Shown: positions 1 to 8,547 of the stretch, piece after piece
How positions within the stretch are numbered: the stretch's first letter is position 1
Layout of the letters: each line of letters starts with the position of its first letter
Assembly: GCA_045605805.1 (NCBI GenBank)
Contig: JAZUQR010000003.1
Span: 1-22,850 of the forward strand
Length of the DNA: 22,850 nucleotides
Origin: Alphaproteobacteria bacterium
GTDB taxonomy: Bacteria > Pseudomonadota > Alphaproteobacteria > CAAHEQ01 > UBA3637
Reading direction: 5' to 3'
Position numbers and translations under genes: made by a program
Notes under the pieces: model-generated
The model's database searches: none
The model's input: the letters and a program-made list of their open reading frames with translations, nothing else
Told to the model about the DNA's origin: nothing

Positions 1-42
1 CTGATTAAGAGTCAGTTGCTCTACCAACTGAGCTAATCGCCC
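1..42 (-). tRNA. tRNA-Lys(CTT), 5' half (truncated by window edge)
   Basis: Reverse complement GGGCGATTAGCTCAGTTGGTAGAGCAACTGACTCTTAATCAG: D-arm AGCTCAGTTGGTAGAGC, anticodon arm CTGA-CT-CTT-AA-TCAG. Confidence 0.95.
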
Positions 43-58
43 CACCTGAACGGGGACA

Positions 59-87
59 ATTATACTCTATTCAAACTTAAATTGCAA
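59..87 (-). promoter_or_regulatory. sigma70-like promoter for tRNA-Lys
   Basis: TTGCAA (87-82), 17 nt spacer, TATAAT (64-59) on the minus strand. Confidence 0.75.
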
Positions 88-124
88 TCTTTTTTTTGAG
101 AATTGTTTATTTTTTATAATTTTC

Positions 125-153
125 TTGCATTTATAAAATTGTATGTTTATACT
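125..153 (+). promoter_or_regulatory. sigma70-like promoter for OM protein-mscL operon
   Basis: TTGCAT (125-130), 17 nt, TATACT (148-153). Confidence 0.65.
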
Positions 154-192
154 ATGCTTTGTTCAATGTTTATTTCTTTTTAAGGAGATTTA

Positions 193-1044
193 ATGAAAAA
201 ATTATTATGTTTATTGCTTTGTTCGGCTGTTCTTCCTGTTGCCGCAGAAGATGCCGATGGCAATCAATGGTTATTGAACTTGCGTGAGATTTCTTTAAGT
301 TATTCCAACACTTCGGTTGGAAACGCAGAAGAATATCAAGACTCACCTATTTCTCAATACAGTATGGACAGCCAATATAACATTATCGGAAAGATGGATG
401 TTTTATTGGATTACACCAATGATGTGGGCTTATGGCGCACCAATTTATTGACCAGCTATGGCAAACTTAAAATCAAACCGGTGGATGGTCCAAACGAAAC
501 AACGGAAAGTGCCGACAAGATATGGCTTTCCACAGAATATGCTTTCAAAACATGGCAGGTTCATGACTTTGATATTGGTCCTTTTGGTCAGGCAGCTTTT
601 CAAACCGAATTTACCGCCAACCAAGATTCCCCAAGATACAAAGCCTTTTCGGCTCGGGAAGGTATCAAGTTTTTTGAAGGCGAACATTTGAAAGAACTGT
701 ATGGGGCTTTTGTGCAGGAATATGATTTCACCTATTCCGACAACAGAAGTACTAAGTTGGCTTGGGAAGTGGGCGGACGCTTTGAATATCCCCTTCGTGA
801 GGGCGTAAAGTTCACTACAACCGCACGCTATACAGATTATTTTCACTATTCCAAATATGTGGGAACAGATTTAACTTATGATTTAGATTTAACCGCAAAG
901 ATGGAAGTTTCTTTGACAGATACTTTGGCTTTGGCACCTTATGTCAGCTATCGCAGAGGAAAAGCTCGGGCGGCCAGCGGTGCCGGTGACAATTTCATGC
1001 TTGGTTTGTCTTTGAAATACACTGATTTATTCCATTTGAATTAA
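193..1044 (+). CDS. Exported outer-membrane beta-barrel protein (DUF3078/DUF481-like)
   Basis: AAGGAG RBS; signal peptide MKKLLCLLLCSAVLPVAA; alternating aromatic/hydrophobic beta-strand pattern; family assignment tentative. Confidence 0.6.
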   Translation: MKKLLCLLLCSAVLPVAAEDADGNQWLLNLREISLSYSNTSVGNAEEYQDSPISQYSMDSQYNIIGKMDVLLDYTNDVGLWRTNLLTSYGKLKIKPVDGPNETTESADKIWLSTEYAFKTWQVHDFDIGPFGQAAFQTEFTANQDSPRYKAFSAREGIKFFEGEHLKELYGAFVQEYDFTYSDNRSTKLAWEVGGRFEYPLREGVKFTTTARYTDYFHYSKYVGTDLTYDLDLTAKMEVSLTDTLALAPYVSYRRGKARAASGAGDNFMLGLSLKYTDLFHLN

Positions 1045-1059
1045 GAAAGGAGAAAAAAA

Positions 1060-1545
1060 ATGATGAAAGGAATTATAAAAGAATTTAAGACTTTTGCTTT
1101 GAAGGGCAATGTGCTTGATATGGCTGTTGGTATTATCATTGGTGCCAGTTTTGGAAAAATTGTTGACAGCTTGGTGAAAGATGTTTTAATGCCTCCGTTG
1201 GGATGGGCTTTGGGAAAAGTGGACTTTTCCAACTTATACCTTAAATTATTAGACGGTTCTGTTCCTGGCCCTTATGCCAGCTTGGATGCTGCCCAAAAGG
1301 CAGGTGCTGTGACCATCAACTATGGGCTTTTCTTAAACAATGTTATCAGCTTTTTGATTGTTGCTTTTGCTGTGTTCTTGCTTGTGAAGGGTATCAACAC
1401 TTTGCGTGCAAAAATGGAAAAAGCGGACGAAGCAGCCGAGGCCAAGACCCCCACAGAAAAAGTGTGTCCTTTCTGTTGCACAAAGATTCCTGTGGCAGCC
1501 ACACGTTGTCCTCATTGTACAAGCGAATTGAAAGGAAAAAAATAA
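1060..1545 (+). CDS. mscL: Large-conductance mechanosensitive channel MscL with C-terminal zinc-ribbon extension
   Basis: [24 protein letters not shown] and [18 protein letters not shown] motifs; C-terminal CPFC...CPHC. Confidence 0.96.
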   Translation: MMKGIIKEFKTFALKGNVLDMAVGIIIGASFGKIVDSLVKDVLMPPLGWALGKVDFSNLYLKLLDGSVPGPYASLDAAQKAGAVTINYGLFLNNVISFLIVAFAVFLLVKGINTLRAKMEKADEAAEAKTPTEKVCPFCCTKIPVAATRCPHCTSELKGKK

Positions 1546-1565
1546 CACTTTTTGATTTGACTTTC

Positions 1566-1596
1566 ATACCCTCTGATTTTTATCGGAGGGTATTTT
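1566..1596 (+). terminator. Intrinsic terminator after mscL
   Basis: ATACCCTCTGAT / ATCGGAGGGTAT stem followed by a T-run. Confidence 0.75.
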
Positions 1597-1617
1597 GTTT
1601 CTTATTTGGATTATTCC

Positions 1618-1646
1618 TTGCATATTCGGCTTTTTTTTGATACACT
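1618..1646 (+). promoter_or_regulatory. Promoter for lnt (probably leaderless transcript)
   Basis: TTGCAT-17-TACACT, with ATG 1654 seven nt after the -10 and no SD. Confidence 0.55.
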
Positions 1647-1653
1647 TGTTTTT

Positions 1654-3135
1654 ATGAAAAAAATTCAACACTTTTTAACTTCCCGCTTTGCGTTGTTTGG
1701 CTATGGTATGCTGAGCTTTTTGGCATTTGCTCCTTATTTTTATTTTCCGTTTTTATGGCTTGCCTTGGCAATCTTAGCCGCCAAAAATCGTGAAGCCAAC
1801 CACAAAGATTCTTTTTATAATGCCTTTTGTGTGGGGGCTGGTTTAGGCGTCACAGGAATGCATTGGTTGGCCCATACCATGTTGCTTGGTGATGCCTATT
1901 ATGCTTGGCTGGTTCCCTTTGTTTGGATTGGCTTTGGGCTGTTTTTTGGCCTTTATTACGGATTGGGAGGCTTTTTGGCCAGTTTCAGCCCGTCCGGTTG
2001 GCGCAGATGGCTTGCCTTTGCGGGGTGGTTCGGTCTTTTAGAATGGGTGCGAGGCATTGCTTTTTCAGGTTTCCCTTGGAATGTTGTCGGCAACATTTGG
2101 AACGGATATTTACCCATTTTACAAACCGCCTCTGTTGTGGGCGTTTATGGACTTGGCTTATTGACTGTTTTGATTTTCACAACACCTTTTTTTCAACATT
2201 GGGTTAGGCCCACACTTTTTGCTCTTTTGGGGTTGGGCTTCCTTTATGCCTTTGGGGCTTGGCGACTTTATGACGGACAAACTCAATCAGTTTGGGGTGT
2301 GAAGTTGCGTCTTGTTCAACCGGATATTCCCTGCACCTTAAAGTGGAATCCGGAACAGGCACACAACAACATCAACAAACTTATTCGGCTGTCCCGAGAA
2401 AATAATGAACAGGTGACGCATATTATTTGGCCCGAATCTGCCGTGACCTTTTTATTAAACTATCACCATGACGAAAGGCTTCAATTGATGAGTGCCATGC
2501 GTCAAGGCTCTGTTTTGATTACAGGGGCGATGCGGTCGGTTGATGAACAAAAACGCACTGCTGCCAACAGCTTGTTTGTTTTAGATGATTTAACCGATAT
2601 TCATGCTTTTTATGACAAATCACACCTTGTTCCTTTTGGAGAATACACACCTCTGCGTGGGATTTTGCCTTTGGACAAGTTTGTGCCTTTTGAATCTGAC
2701 ATTGTGGCAGGCTCTGGGCCAAAGACTTTGCCTATTTTGAATGCTCCTGCGGCCGCCCCTTTGGTTTGTTATGAAGCGATTTTTTCCGGTGAAGTTGTGG
2801 ATAAAACCAAACGGCCGGCTTGGCTTATCAATGTGACGAATGACGGTTGGTATGGTTTTTCGGCCGGTCCGCATCATCATTTTGCCATGGCACAAACTCG
2901 GGCTGTGGAGGAAGGTTTGCCTTTGGCACGGGCGGCTAACACCGGTATCAGCGCTGTGATTGACCCTTATGGTCGCATTGTTAAAAAACTTGATTTTGGG
3001 GAAGAAGGGGTGGTGGATGCCGATTTACCACAGCCCCTTGCGCCAACGCCTTTTGCCCAATATAAACATTGGCCTTTATGGCTTCTCTCTGGTTTTTTTA
3101 TTCTCATTTCATTTTTTAAGCAAAAAAGTGCTTGA
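1654..3135 (+). CDS. lnt: Apolipoprotein N-acyltransferase
   Basis: N-terminal TM helices, GFPW, WPESA, YDKSHLVPFGEY, VCYEAIF, NVTNDGW, RAANTGIS nitrilase-fold motifs; ATG 1654 preferred over TTG 1606. Confidence 0.96.
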   Translation: MKKIQHFLTSRFALFGYGMLSFLAFAPYFYFPFLWLALAILAAKNREANHKDSFYNAFCVGAGLGVTGMHWLAHTMLLGDAYYAWLVPFVWIGFGLFFGLYYGLGGFLASFSPSGWRRWLAFAGWFGLLEWVRGIAFSGFPWNVVGNIWNGYLPILQTASVVGVYGLGLLTVLIFTTPFFQHWVRPTLFALLGLGFLYAFGAWRLYDGQTQSVWGVKLRLVQPDIPCTLKWNPEQAHNNINKLIRLSRENNEQVTHIIWPESAVTFLLNYHHDERLQLMSAMRQGSVLITGAMRSVDEQKRTAANSLFVLDDLTDIHAFYDKSHLVPFGEYTPLRGILPLDKFVPFESDIVAGSGPKTLPILNAPAAAPLVCYEAIFSGEVVDKTKRPAWLINVTNDGWYGFSAGPHHHFAMAQTRAVEEGLPLARAANTGISAVIDPYGRIVKKLDFGEEGVVDADLPQPLAPTPFAQYKHWPLWLLSGFFILISFFKQKSA

Positions 3136-3160
3136 CAACACTATGAAAAAAAGTTATAAT
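3132..3160 (+). promoter_or_regulatory. Consensus sigma70 promoter for rpmJ
   Basis: TTGACA (3132-3137), 17 nt, TATAAT (3155-3160). Confidence 0.85.
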
Positions 3161-3193
3161 GTGTCACAAGTTTAATAAAGAAAGGAAAAACCC

Positions 3194-3334
3194 ATGAAAG
3201 TTCGTTGCTCATTAAAGTCTGCCAGAGCTCGTGATAAAGATTGCAAAATCGTGAAACGCAAAAACAGCAAAGGCAAAACACGCATTTATGTTATCAACAA
3301 GAAAAAACCTAAGATGAAAGCTCGTCAAGGTTAG
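3194..3334 (+). CDS. rpmJ: 50S ribosomal protein L36, non-zinc (type B) form, 46 aa; missing from ORF track
   Basis: Hand translation [46 protein letters not shown]; AAAGGA RBS; YVINK...KARQG signature. Confidence 0.95.
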   Translation: MKVRCSLKSARARDKDCKIVKRKNSKGKTRIYVINKKKPKMKARQG

Positions 3335-3371
3335 TTCTGAAGTCTTCAACTCTTAACTCCTTTAAGGTTGG

Positions 3372-3398
3372 CTCCTCGTTTTTCGGGGAGTTTTTTTT
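3372..3398 (+). terminator. Intrinsic terminator after rpmJ
   Basis: CTCCTCG / CGGGGAG stem plus T8. Confidence 0.75.
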
Positions 3399-3408
3399 CA
3401 CATTTTCA

Positions 3409-3437
3409 TTGACTATTTTCTCAAAAAGGCTTATGCT
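3409..3437 (+). promoter_or_regulatory. Promoter for small ORF-murA operon (probably leaderless)
   Basis: TTGACT-17-TATGCT, with ATG 3445 seven nt downstream. Confidence 0.6.
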
Positions 3438-3444
3438 TGTTTTC

Positions 3445-3603
3445 ATGGAAGAAAATATTGAAAAAATTGTTGAAAAAGAACTTCATTTAACAGGTGCAAA
3501 AAAAGAACGGTTTGTGCGTGAAGCAAAGGCTTTGCGTGCGAATTTGGCTTTGCGTCAAAAACAAAAAAAGGAACGGGAAGAAAAATGTACGCATTCAAAA
3601 TAA
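3445..3603 (+). CDS. Small basic helical protein overlapping the murA start (52 aa)
   Basis: MEENIEKIVEKELHLTGAKKERFVREAKALRANLALRQKQKKEREEKCTHSK; ALRANL..R..Q resembles small ORFs seen upstream of murA in alphaproteobacteria. Confidence 0.65.
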   Translation: MEENIEKIVEKELHLTGAKKERFVREAKALRANLALRQKQKKEREEKCTHSK

Positions 3604-4850
3604 ACGGTGGCAAATCTTTACAAGGAACAACCCAAATCAAGGGGGCAAAAAACGCCACTCTTCCTTTGTTGATTTGCGCCCTTTTAACGCAGGAAACTTT
3701 GACCGTTCACAATGTTTCACAATTGAGTGATATTAAAGTTTTGTTGGAATTATTGTCCGGAATAGGGGCGCAGATTCAGGTTGAGGGAGATACTGTTCAC
3801 CTGACCACCCCAGAAATTATCAGCACAGAGGCTCCTTATGAATTACTAAGCAAGATGCGGGCCGGCTTTTGGGTTTTAGGACCGTTATTGGCTCGCAAGG
3901 GTAAAGCTCATGTTTCCCTACCGGGGGGCTGTGCTTTAGGGGCAAGAAAATTGGACATTTACTTTTCGGCTTTGGAGGCGATGGGAGCTGCCATTAAAAT
4001 TGACGGAGGTTATGTATCGGCCAGCGGTACTTTACATGGGGCAGAAATCTTTCCACACCGCATCACCGTGGGTGGCACCATTACAACCTTGATGACGGCT
4101 GTTTTAACAAACGGTACAACCATTATTCACAATGCCGCCATGGAACCAGAGGTCGTAGATGTGGCCCAAATGCTTGTGCAGATGGGGGCAAAGATTCACG
4201 GTATTGGCACAAACACTTTAACAATTGAAGGGGTAGCCTCTTTACATGGTACAGAATGGTATCCGATTCCGGACAGAATTGAAACAGCCACTTTTGCCAT
4301 TGCGACCGCTTTAACAAAGGGGCATATCTTTTTGAAAGGGGCTCGTTTGGATTTGATGGGTAATACGGCCAACATCTTACGCAACAATGGTGTTCTTTTT
4401 GCACAACAACCAGACGGTTTGGATGTGGATGCCACCAATGCCTGCCTAAAAGGACAATCCATTCAAACGGCAGAATACCCTGGTTTAGCCACCGATGACC
4501 AACCTTGTTTGACCGCTATGTCCTGTTTGGCCGAAGGCAACAGTTTGATTACGGATGCTATTTTTGACAACCGCTTTATGCATGTGCCTGAACTGCAACG
4601 CATGGGGGCTCAAATTGATGTTATCAACAATCAATCCATTTTAATTCATGGTATTCCTTCTTTAACTGGGGCAACGGTGACGGCTTCTGATTTGCGGGGT
4701 GGCGCTGCCTTGATTTTGGCCGGCCTTGTGGCCAATGGACAAACTTTGGTACAACGCATTTACCATGTGGATCGGGGCTATTATAAAATGGAAGAAAAGC
4801 TGAAAGAATTGGGGGCAGATATTCAACGCATTTGGCAAGAATATCCGTAA
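3585..4850 (+). CDS. murA: UDP-N-acetylglucosamine 1-carboxyvinyltransferase
   Basis: GAKNATLP, LPGGCALGAR (catalytic Cys), PDRIE, ASDLRGGA, HVDRGY motifs. Confidence 0.97.
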   Translation: MYAFKINGGKSLQGTTQIKGAKNATLPLLICALLTQETLTVHNVSQLSDIKVLLELLSGIGAQIQVEGDTVHLTTPEIISTEAPYELLSKMRAGFWVLGPLLARKGKAHVSLPGGCALGARKLDIYFSALEAMGAAIKIDGGYVSASGTLHGAEIFPHRITVGGTITTLMTAVLTNGTTIIHNAAMEPEVVDVAQMLVQMGAKIHGIGTNTLTIEGVASLHGTEWYPIPDRIETATFAIATALTKGHIFLKGARLDLMGNTANILRNNGVLFAQQPDGLDVDATNACLKGQSIQTAEYPGLATDDQPCLTAMSCLAEGNSLITDAIFDNRFMHVPELQRMGAQIDVINNQSILIHGIPSLTGATVTASDLRGGAALILAGLVANGQTLVQRIYHVDRGYYKMEEKLKELGADIQRIWQEYP

Positions 4851-4867
4851 GTTAGCGTCTTTTCATC

Positions 4868-4896
4868 TTGACTTTTTTGTCAAAGTATGATATATC
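4868..4896 (+). promoter_or_regulatory. Promoter upstream of trpS leader
   Basis: TTGACT-17-TATATC with a TGn extension; -35 overlaps the inverted repeat TTGAC-N6-GTCAA. Confidence 0.55.
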
Positions 4897-4925
4897 TTTT
4901 CTTATTCTTTTACAGGGAATTGACT

Positions 4926-4991
4926 ATGATTGATACAAACCATTTTTTTGCCATTCGTGTTTTCATTGCCCGTTTTGGGGTGCGATGGTGA
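4926..4991 (+). CDS. Putative leader peptide of trpS (21 aa, ends in Trp)
   Basis: AGGGA RBS; MIDTNHFFAIRVFIARFGVRW*; TGG immediately before TGA. Confidence 0.4.
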   Translation: MIDTNHFFAIRVFIARFGVRW

Positions 4992-5054
4992 TTCTTCATG
5001 ATTGTATTTTTGAATTATTTTACTTTATATTTTTTATCATAGGAGAATTACAAA

Positions 5055-6077
5055 ATGGATTTACAAAATAAAATTGTTTTAACAGGCGTTAAACCAACAG
5101 GCACATTGCATGTCGGCAACTATGTTGGGGCCATTAAACCTGCCATTCAATTAGGGCACGAAGTGTTGGCACAAGGGGGCAAACACCTTATGTTTATTGC
5201 CGATTATCATGCTTTGAATTATTTGAAGAACCCCGAACTGATGCACCTTTATACACAACAGATTTCATGTGCTTATTTGGCCTGTGGTGTCAATCCGGAA
5301 CAAACCGTTTTTTATCGCCAATCTGATGTGCCACAGATTTTTGAATTGACAACACTTTTAACCAACTTTACTCCAAAGGGTTTTATGAACAAGGCTCATG
5401 CTTATAAAGCTGCTGTGGACAAAAACACCGAAAAAGGTGAACCGCAGGATGCCGGCATCAATATGGGGCTTTATAATTATCCGGTTTTAATGGCCGCCGA
5501 TATTTTGGCCTATGGTTCAGACTATGTGCCTGTGGGCAAAGACCAAGTGCAGCATGTAGAAATTACGGCCGATATTGCCGGTGCTGTGAATGCTTGTTAT
5601 AACCAACCTGTGCTTAAAATCCCCACTGCGATTACCCAAGAACACGGGGCTGTTTTACCGGGGACAGATGGGCGAAAGATGAGCAAAAGTTATAATAATG
5701 TGATTCCTTTATTTGGAACGCCTGACGAATTGAAAAAGGTGATTATGTCCATCAAGACAGATTCGCAAGATATCAATGCCCCCAAAAATCCGGATGATAT
5801 TTTGTTATATCAGGTGGCTCGTGGTTTTTGTAAGCCCGACTTGGTGGCCGAAATTGAAGCAGGTTTAAGACAAGGCGGTATGGGATATGGAACCATCAAG
5901 AAAATGCTTGTGGAAGCCTTTATAACAGACTTGGCCCCCATTCGTGAAGCCTATCAGTATCACATGGCTCATTATGACAAGGTAGAGGAAATGTTGCAAC
6001 AAGGGGCCGAAAAGGCCAGACAATTGGCGGCTCCTGTGCTTGCTCGCTTTAAGGCGATTGCGTTAAACAAAAAATAA
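5055..6077 (+). CDS. trpS: Tryptophan--tRNA ligase
   Basis: TGVKPTGTLHVGNY (HIGH), YPVLMAADIL, VPVGKDQVQH, KMSKS. Confidence 0.97.
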   Translation: MDLQNKIVLTGVKPTGTLHVGNYVGAIKPAIQLGHEVLAQGGKHLMFIADYHALNYLKNPELMHLYTQQISCAYLACGVNPEQTVFYRQSDVPQIFELTTLLTNFTPKGFMNKAHAYKAAVDKNTEKGEPQDAGINMGLYNYPVLMAADILAYGSDYVPVGKDQVQHVEITADIAGAVNACYNQPVLKIPTAITQEHGAVLPGTDGRKMSKSYNNVIPLFGTPDELKKVIMSIKTDSQDINAPKNPDDILLYQVARGFCKPDLVAEIEAGLRQGGMGYGTIKKMLVEAFITDLAPIREAYQYHMAHYDKVEEMLQQGAEKARQLAAPVLARFKAIALNKK

Positions 6078-6091
6078 CAAAAGGATTGTTC

Positions 6092-6364
6092 ATGAAAAAA
6101 ATTTTATCTGTGTGTGCTTTGTCCGTTTGCCTAACGGCATGTGTTTATTCTCACGATACAAATTATTGTCCATGTAATACACTGTGCTCCTGTGGCAGTC
6201 ACCTCAGACAGAGGATTGAAGAACCTTGTTATCACAGACCTATATATATACAACCTCGTAAGATTATTGTGGTATTGCCAGCAAAGACTGTGTCTCAACC
6301 AAAATCAGTTCAGCGACAGGAAATTATCTATCCTTTGCCGGAACCTTGTCCTTGTCAAAAATAA
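6092..6364 (+). CDS. Small Cys-rich lipoprotein, unknown function
   Basis: AAGGA RBS; MKKILSVCALSVCLTAC lipobox; CPC..CSC and CPC clusters. Confidence 0.6.
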   Translation: MKKILSVCALSVCLTACVYSHDTNYCPCNTLCSCGSHLRQRIEEPCYHRPIYIQPRKIIVVLPAKTVSQPKSVQRQEIIYPLPEPCPCQK

Positions 6365-6370
6365 GGTATG

Positions 6371-7423
6371 CTATTTGATAATCCCGCCCCCAAGCACGAT
6401 ATCGTTTTGATACAAAACGATGGATTGGCCGGGGGTAAGTGATTTTTGGGGTGTTTCAAATTGGATTTCGGCTTCAGTGTTTGCCACACTAACAGACACA
6501 GGGACAACCTGCCCCATAGACCGATATTTCGCTTCACATGAAAATTGTGTTTGATCCTTTATCAAAGGCGACCAAACACAATCGGTTATTTTACAACTTG
6601 TGCGTTTGGTGTCTGCTTCCACACCCACGATAACTTGATTTTTTTCGGCATCTAAATCCAGCACATACAATGGTTCGGGATAGGCCACGCCCAATCCTTT
6701 TCTTTGCCCAACTGTATAGTGCCAAAAACCTTGATGTTTGCCAACAACTTTCCCATTTGAAAGCACGATATTGCCTTGTTTGTTTTCAACTTGCAACAAG
6801 TCGGCATAATCGCCCGAATAAAAGTCCTGACTATCGGCTTTTTCGGCCACATACAGGCCTTTTTCCTTGGCCATTTCACGCACCTGTTGTTTGGTCAAAT
6901 CTCCCAATGGAAACAAGGTTTGTGATAATTGCGTTTGTGTTAAACGGTAAAGAAAATAGCTTTGGTCCTTTTTGTCATCTGCCCCTTTTTTTAAGAAAAA
7001 TCCATCAGCTGTTTTTTCAATGCGGGCATAATGCCCCGTGGCAAACGCCTCAAAATCAGCGTGTTGTTTGGCTTCTTCCACCAACAGCCCAAACTTCATT
7101 GTGGCATTACACAAAATACAGGGATTGGGGGTTTTGCCCGACAGATAGCTTTCCTTAAAATACTTTAAGACCGTTTTTTGATAGATTTCCGACAGATTTA
7201 AGACATGATGTTCAATGCCTTGGCTTTGACACCATTTTTGCACCTCTTGAATCTCGGCCTTTTCATTTGACCCATAGCACGCATTGCCAGACAGTTGAAG
7301 GTTTGGAATATCCTTATTGAACAGCGACATGGTGATGCCAATCACCTCATGTCCTTGCTCTTTCAACAACAGAGCCACCAAAGTGGAATCCACGCCCCCC
7401 GACAGTCCGACTGCTATTTTCAT
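6371..7423 (-). CDS. mnmA: tRNA 2-thiouridine(34) synthase
   Basis: SGGVDS PP-loop, TPNPCILCN, ATGHYA, KDQSYFL, YTVGQRKGLG, PGQSIVLY. Confidence 0.97.
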   Translation of the reverse strand: MKIAVGLSGGVDSTLVALLLKEQGHEVIGITMSLFNKDIPNLQLSGNACYGSNEKAEIQEVQKWCQSQGIEHHVLNLSEIYQKTVLKYFKESYLSGKTPNPCILCNATMKFGLLVEEAKQHADFEAFATGHYARIEKTADGFFLKKGADDKKDQSYFLYRLTQTQLSQTLFPLGDLTKQQVREMAKEKGLYVAEKADSQDFYSGDYADLLQVENKQGNIVLSNGKVVGKHQGFWHYTVGQRKGLGVAYPEPLYVLDLDAEKNQVIVGVEADTKRTSCKITDCVWSPLIKDQTQFSCEAKYRSMGQVVPVSVSVANTEAEIQFETPQKSLTPGQSIVLYQNDIVLGGGIIK

Positions 7424-7438
7424 CTTAGTCCTTTGTGT

Positions 7439-8386
7439 TTAGGTATTCCCTATCAGGTAAGAAATATACACCACATACAGCCCCAAAAACAGGAAACCGA
7501 CTGGGCGTTTCATTTTATGGCCATGCCCACACACCAACAGTAATGCCGTGACGGCCGCCATAATGCCCACATCCAATGTTATATCTTTTGGTACTTTAAT
7601 GGGGGTTATCAAGGCCGTAAAGCCCAATATAAACAGCGCATTATATATATTAGAGCCAATGACATTTCCCAATGCCAAAGCCCCTTGCTTTTTAAGGGCA
7701 GCCACCACAGAGGTCACCAATTCCGGCAAACTTGTTCCAACGGCAACAATTGTTAAACCAATGATGGATTCAGAAATCCCCCACTTATTTGCCAAAAGAA
7801 CAGAGTTCGTCACCAACACCTTTGCCCCAACAATTGTTAAAACGATACCGATGATTGCTTTTGCAATTGAAATACCCAATTCCCGTTGATGCGTTCTTTG
7901 TGATTTTTTCACAACAGGCACTTCGTTTTCTTCTTCATGTTGATGTTGTTTATCTGTTTTATACGAGTAATAAATGTAATAAATCAGTGTGGCACACATC
8001 AAAACTCCCATGATAAAATTGATTTTCCCAATCAGCAGAGCCACGCATAATACACCCGTTGAGATGGACAAAAACATACCATCCCTCTTAAAAGCGGCCC
8101 GATGAATCGGAATGGCATGAATCGCCAAAGCCATCCCCAATATCAACAAGATATTTGCAATGTTTGAACCCACTACATTACCAACAGCAATCCCTTCCGA
8201 GTTTTGAAAACTGGCCAACAAACTTGTCATCAATTCAGGTGTTGAAGTGCCAAAACCCACCAATGTTAAACCAATCAACAAGGAGGATACATGCATGCGT
8301 TTCGCCACCGCCACAGAACCATCCACCAAAAGGTTTCCCCCATAAATGAGCAAACAAAAACCGATTAAAATTAGCAAATATATCAT
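7439..8386 (-). CDS. Calcium/sodium antiporter (YrbG/CaCA family)
   Basis: Two alpha repeats GTSTPEL...GNVVGSNIAN and GTSLPEL...GNVIGSNIYN. Confidence 0.93.
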   Translation of the reverse strand: MIYLLILIGFCLLIYGGNLLVDGSVAVAKRMHVSSLLIGLTLVGFGTSTPELMTSLLASFQNSEGIAVGNVVGSNIANILLILGMALAIHAIPIHRAAFKRDGMFLSISTGVLCVALLIGKINFIMGVLMCATLIYYIYYSYKTDKQHQHEEENEVPVVKKSQRTHQRELGISIAKAIIGIVLTIVGAKVLVTNSVLLANKWGISESIIGLTIVAVGTSLPELVTSVVAALKKQGALALGNVIGSNIYNALFILGFTALITPIKVPKDITLDVGIMAAVTALLLVCGHGHKMKRPVGFLFLGLYVVYISYLIGNT

Positions 8387-8547
8387 TTTTCACTCCTTAT
8401 TTATATTCAGTAGAGTGATTATATCTTTTTTTTTATGCTCTGGCAAGTTTATTTTTGTGATATTTTTTTACATTTTTTGATTTTCTTCTTGCTTTTTTGA
8501 AAAATCTGTTTTATAACCAAGGATGTTTTTTGATAAGGAGAATTAAA

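Noticed and set aside
4897-5054. T-box riboswitch upstream of trpS
   Set aside because: No T-box AGGGTGGNACCGCG-like sequence, no terminator, and the leader is too short.
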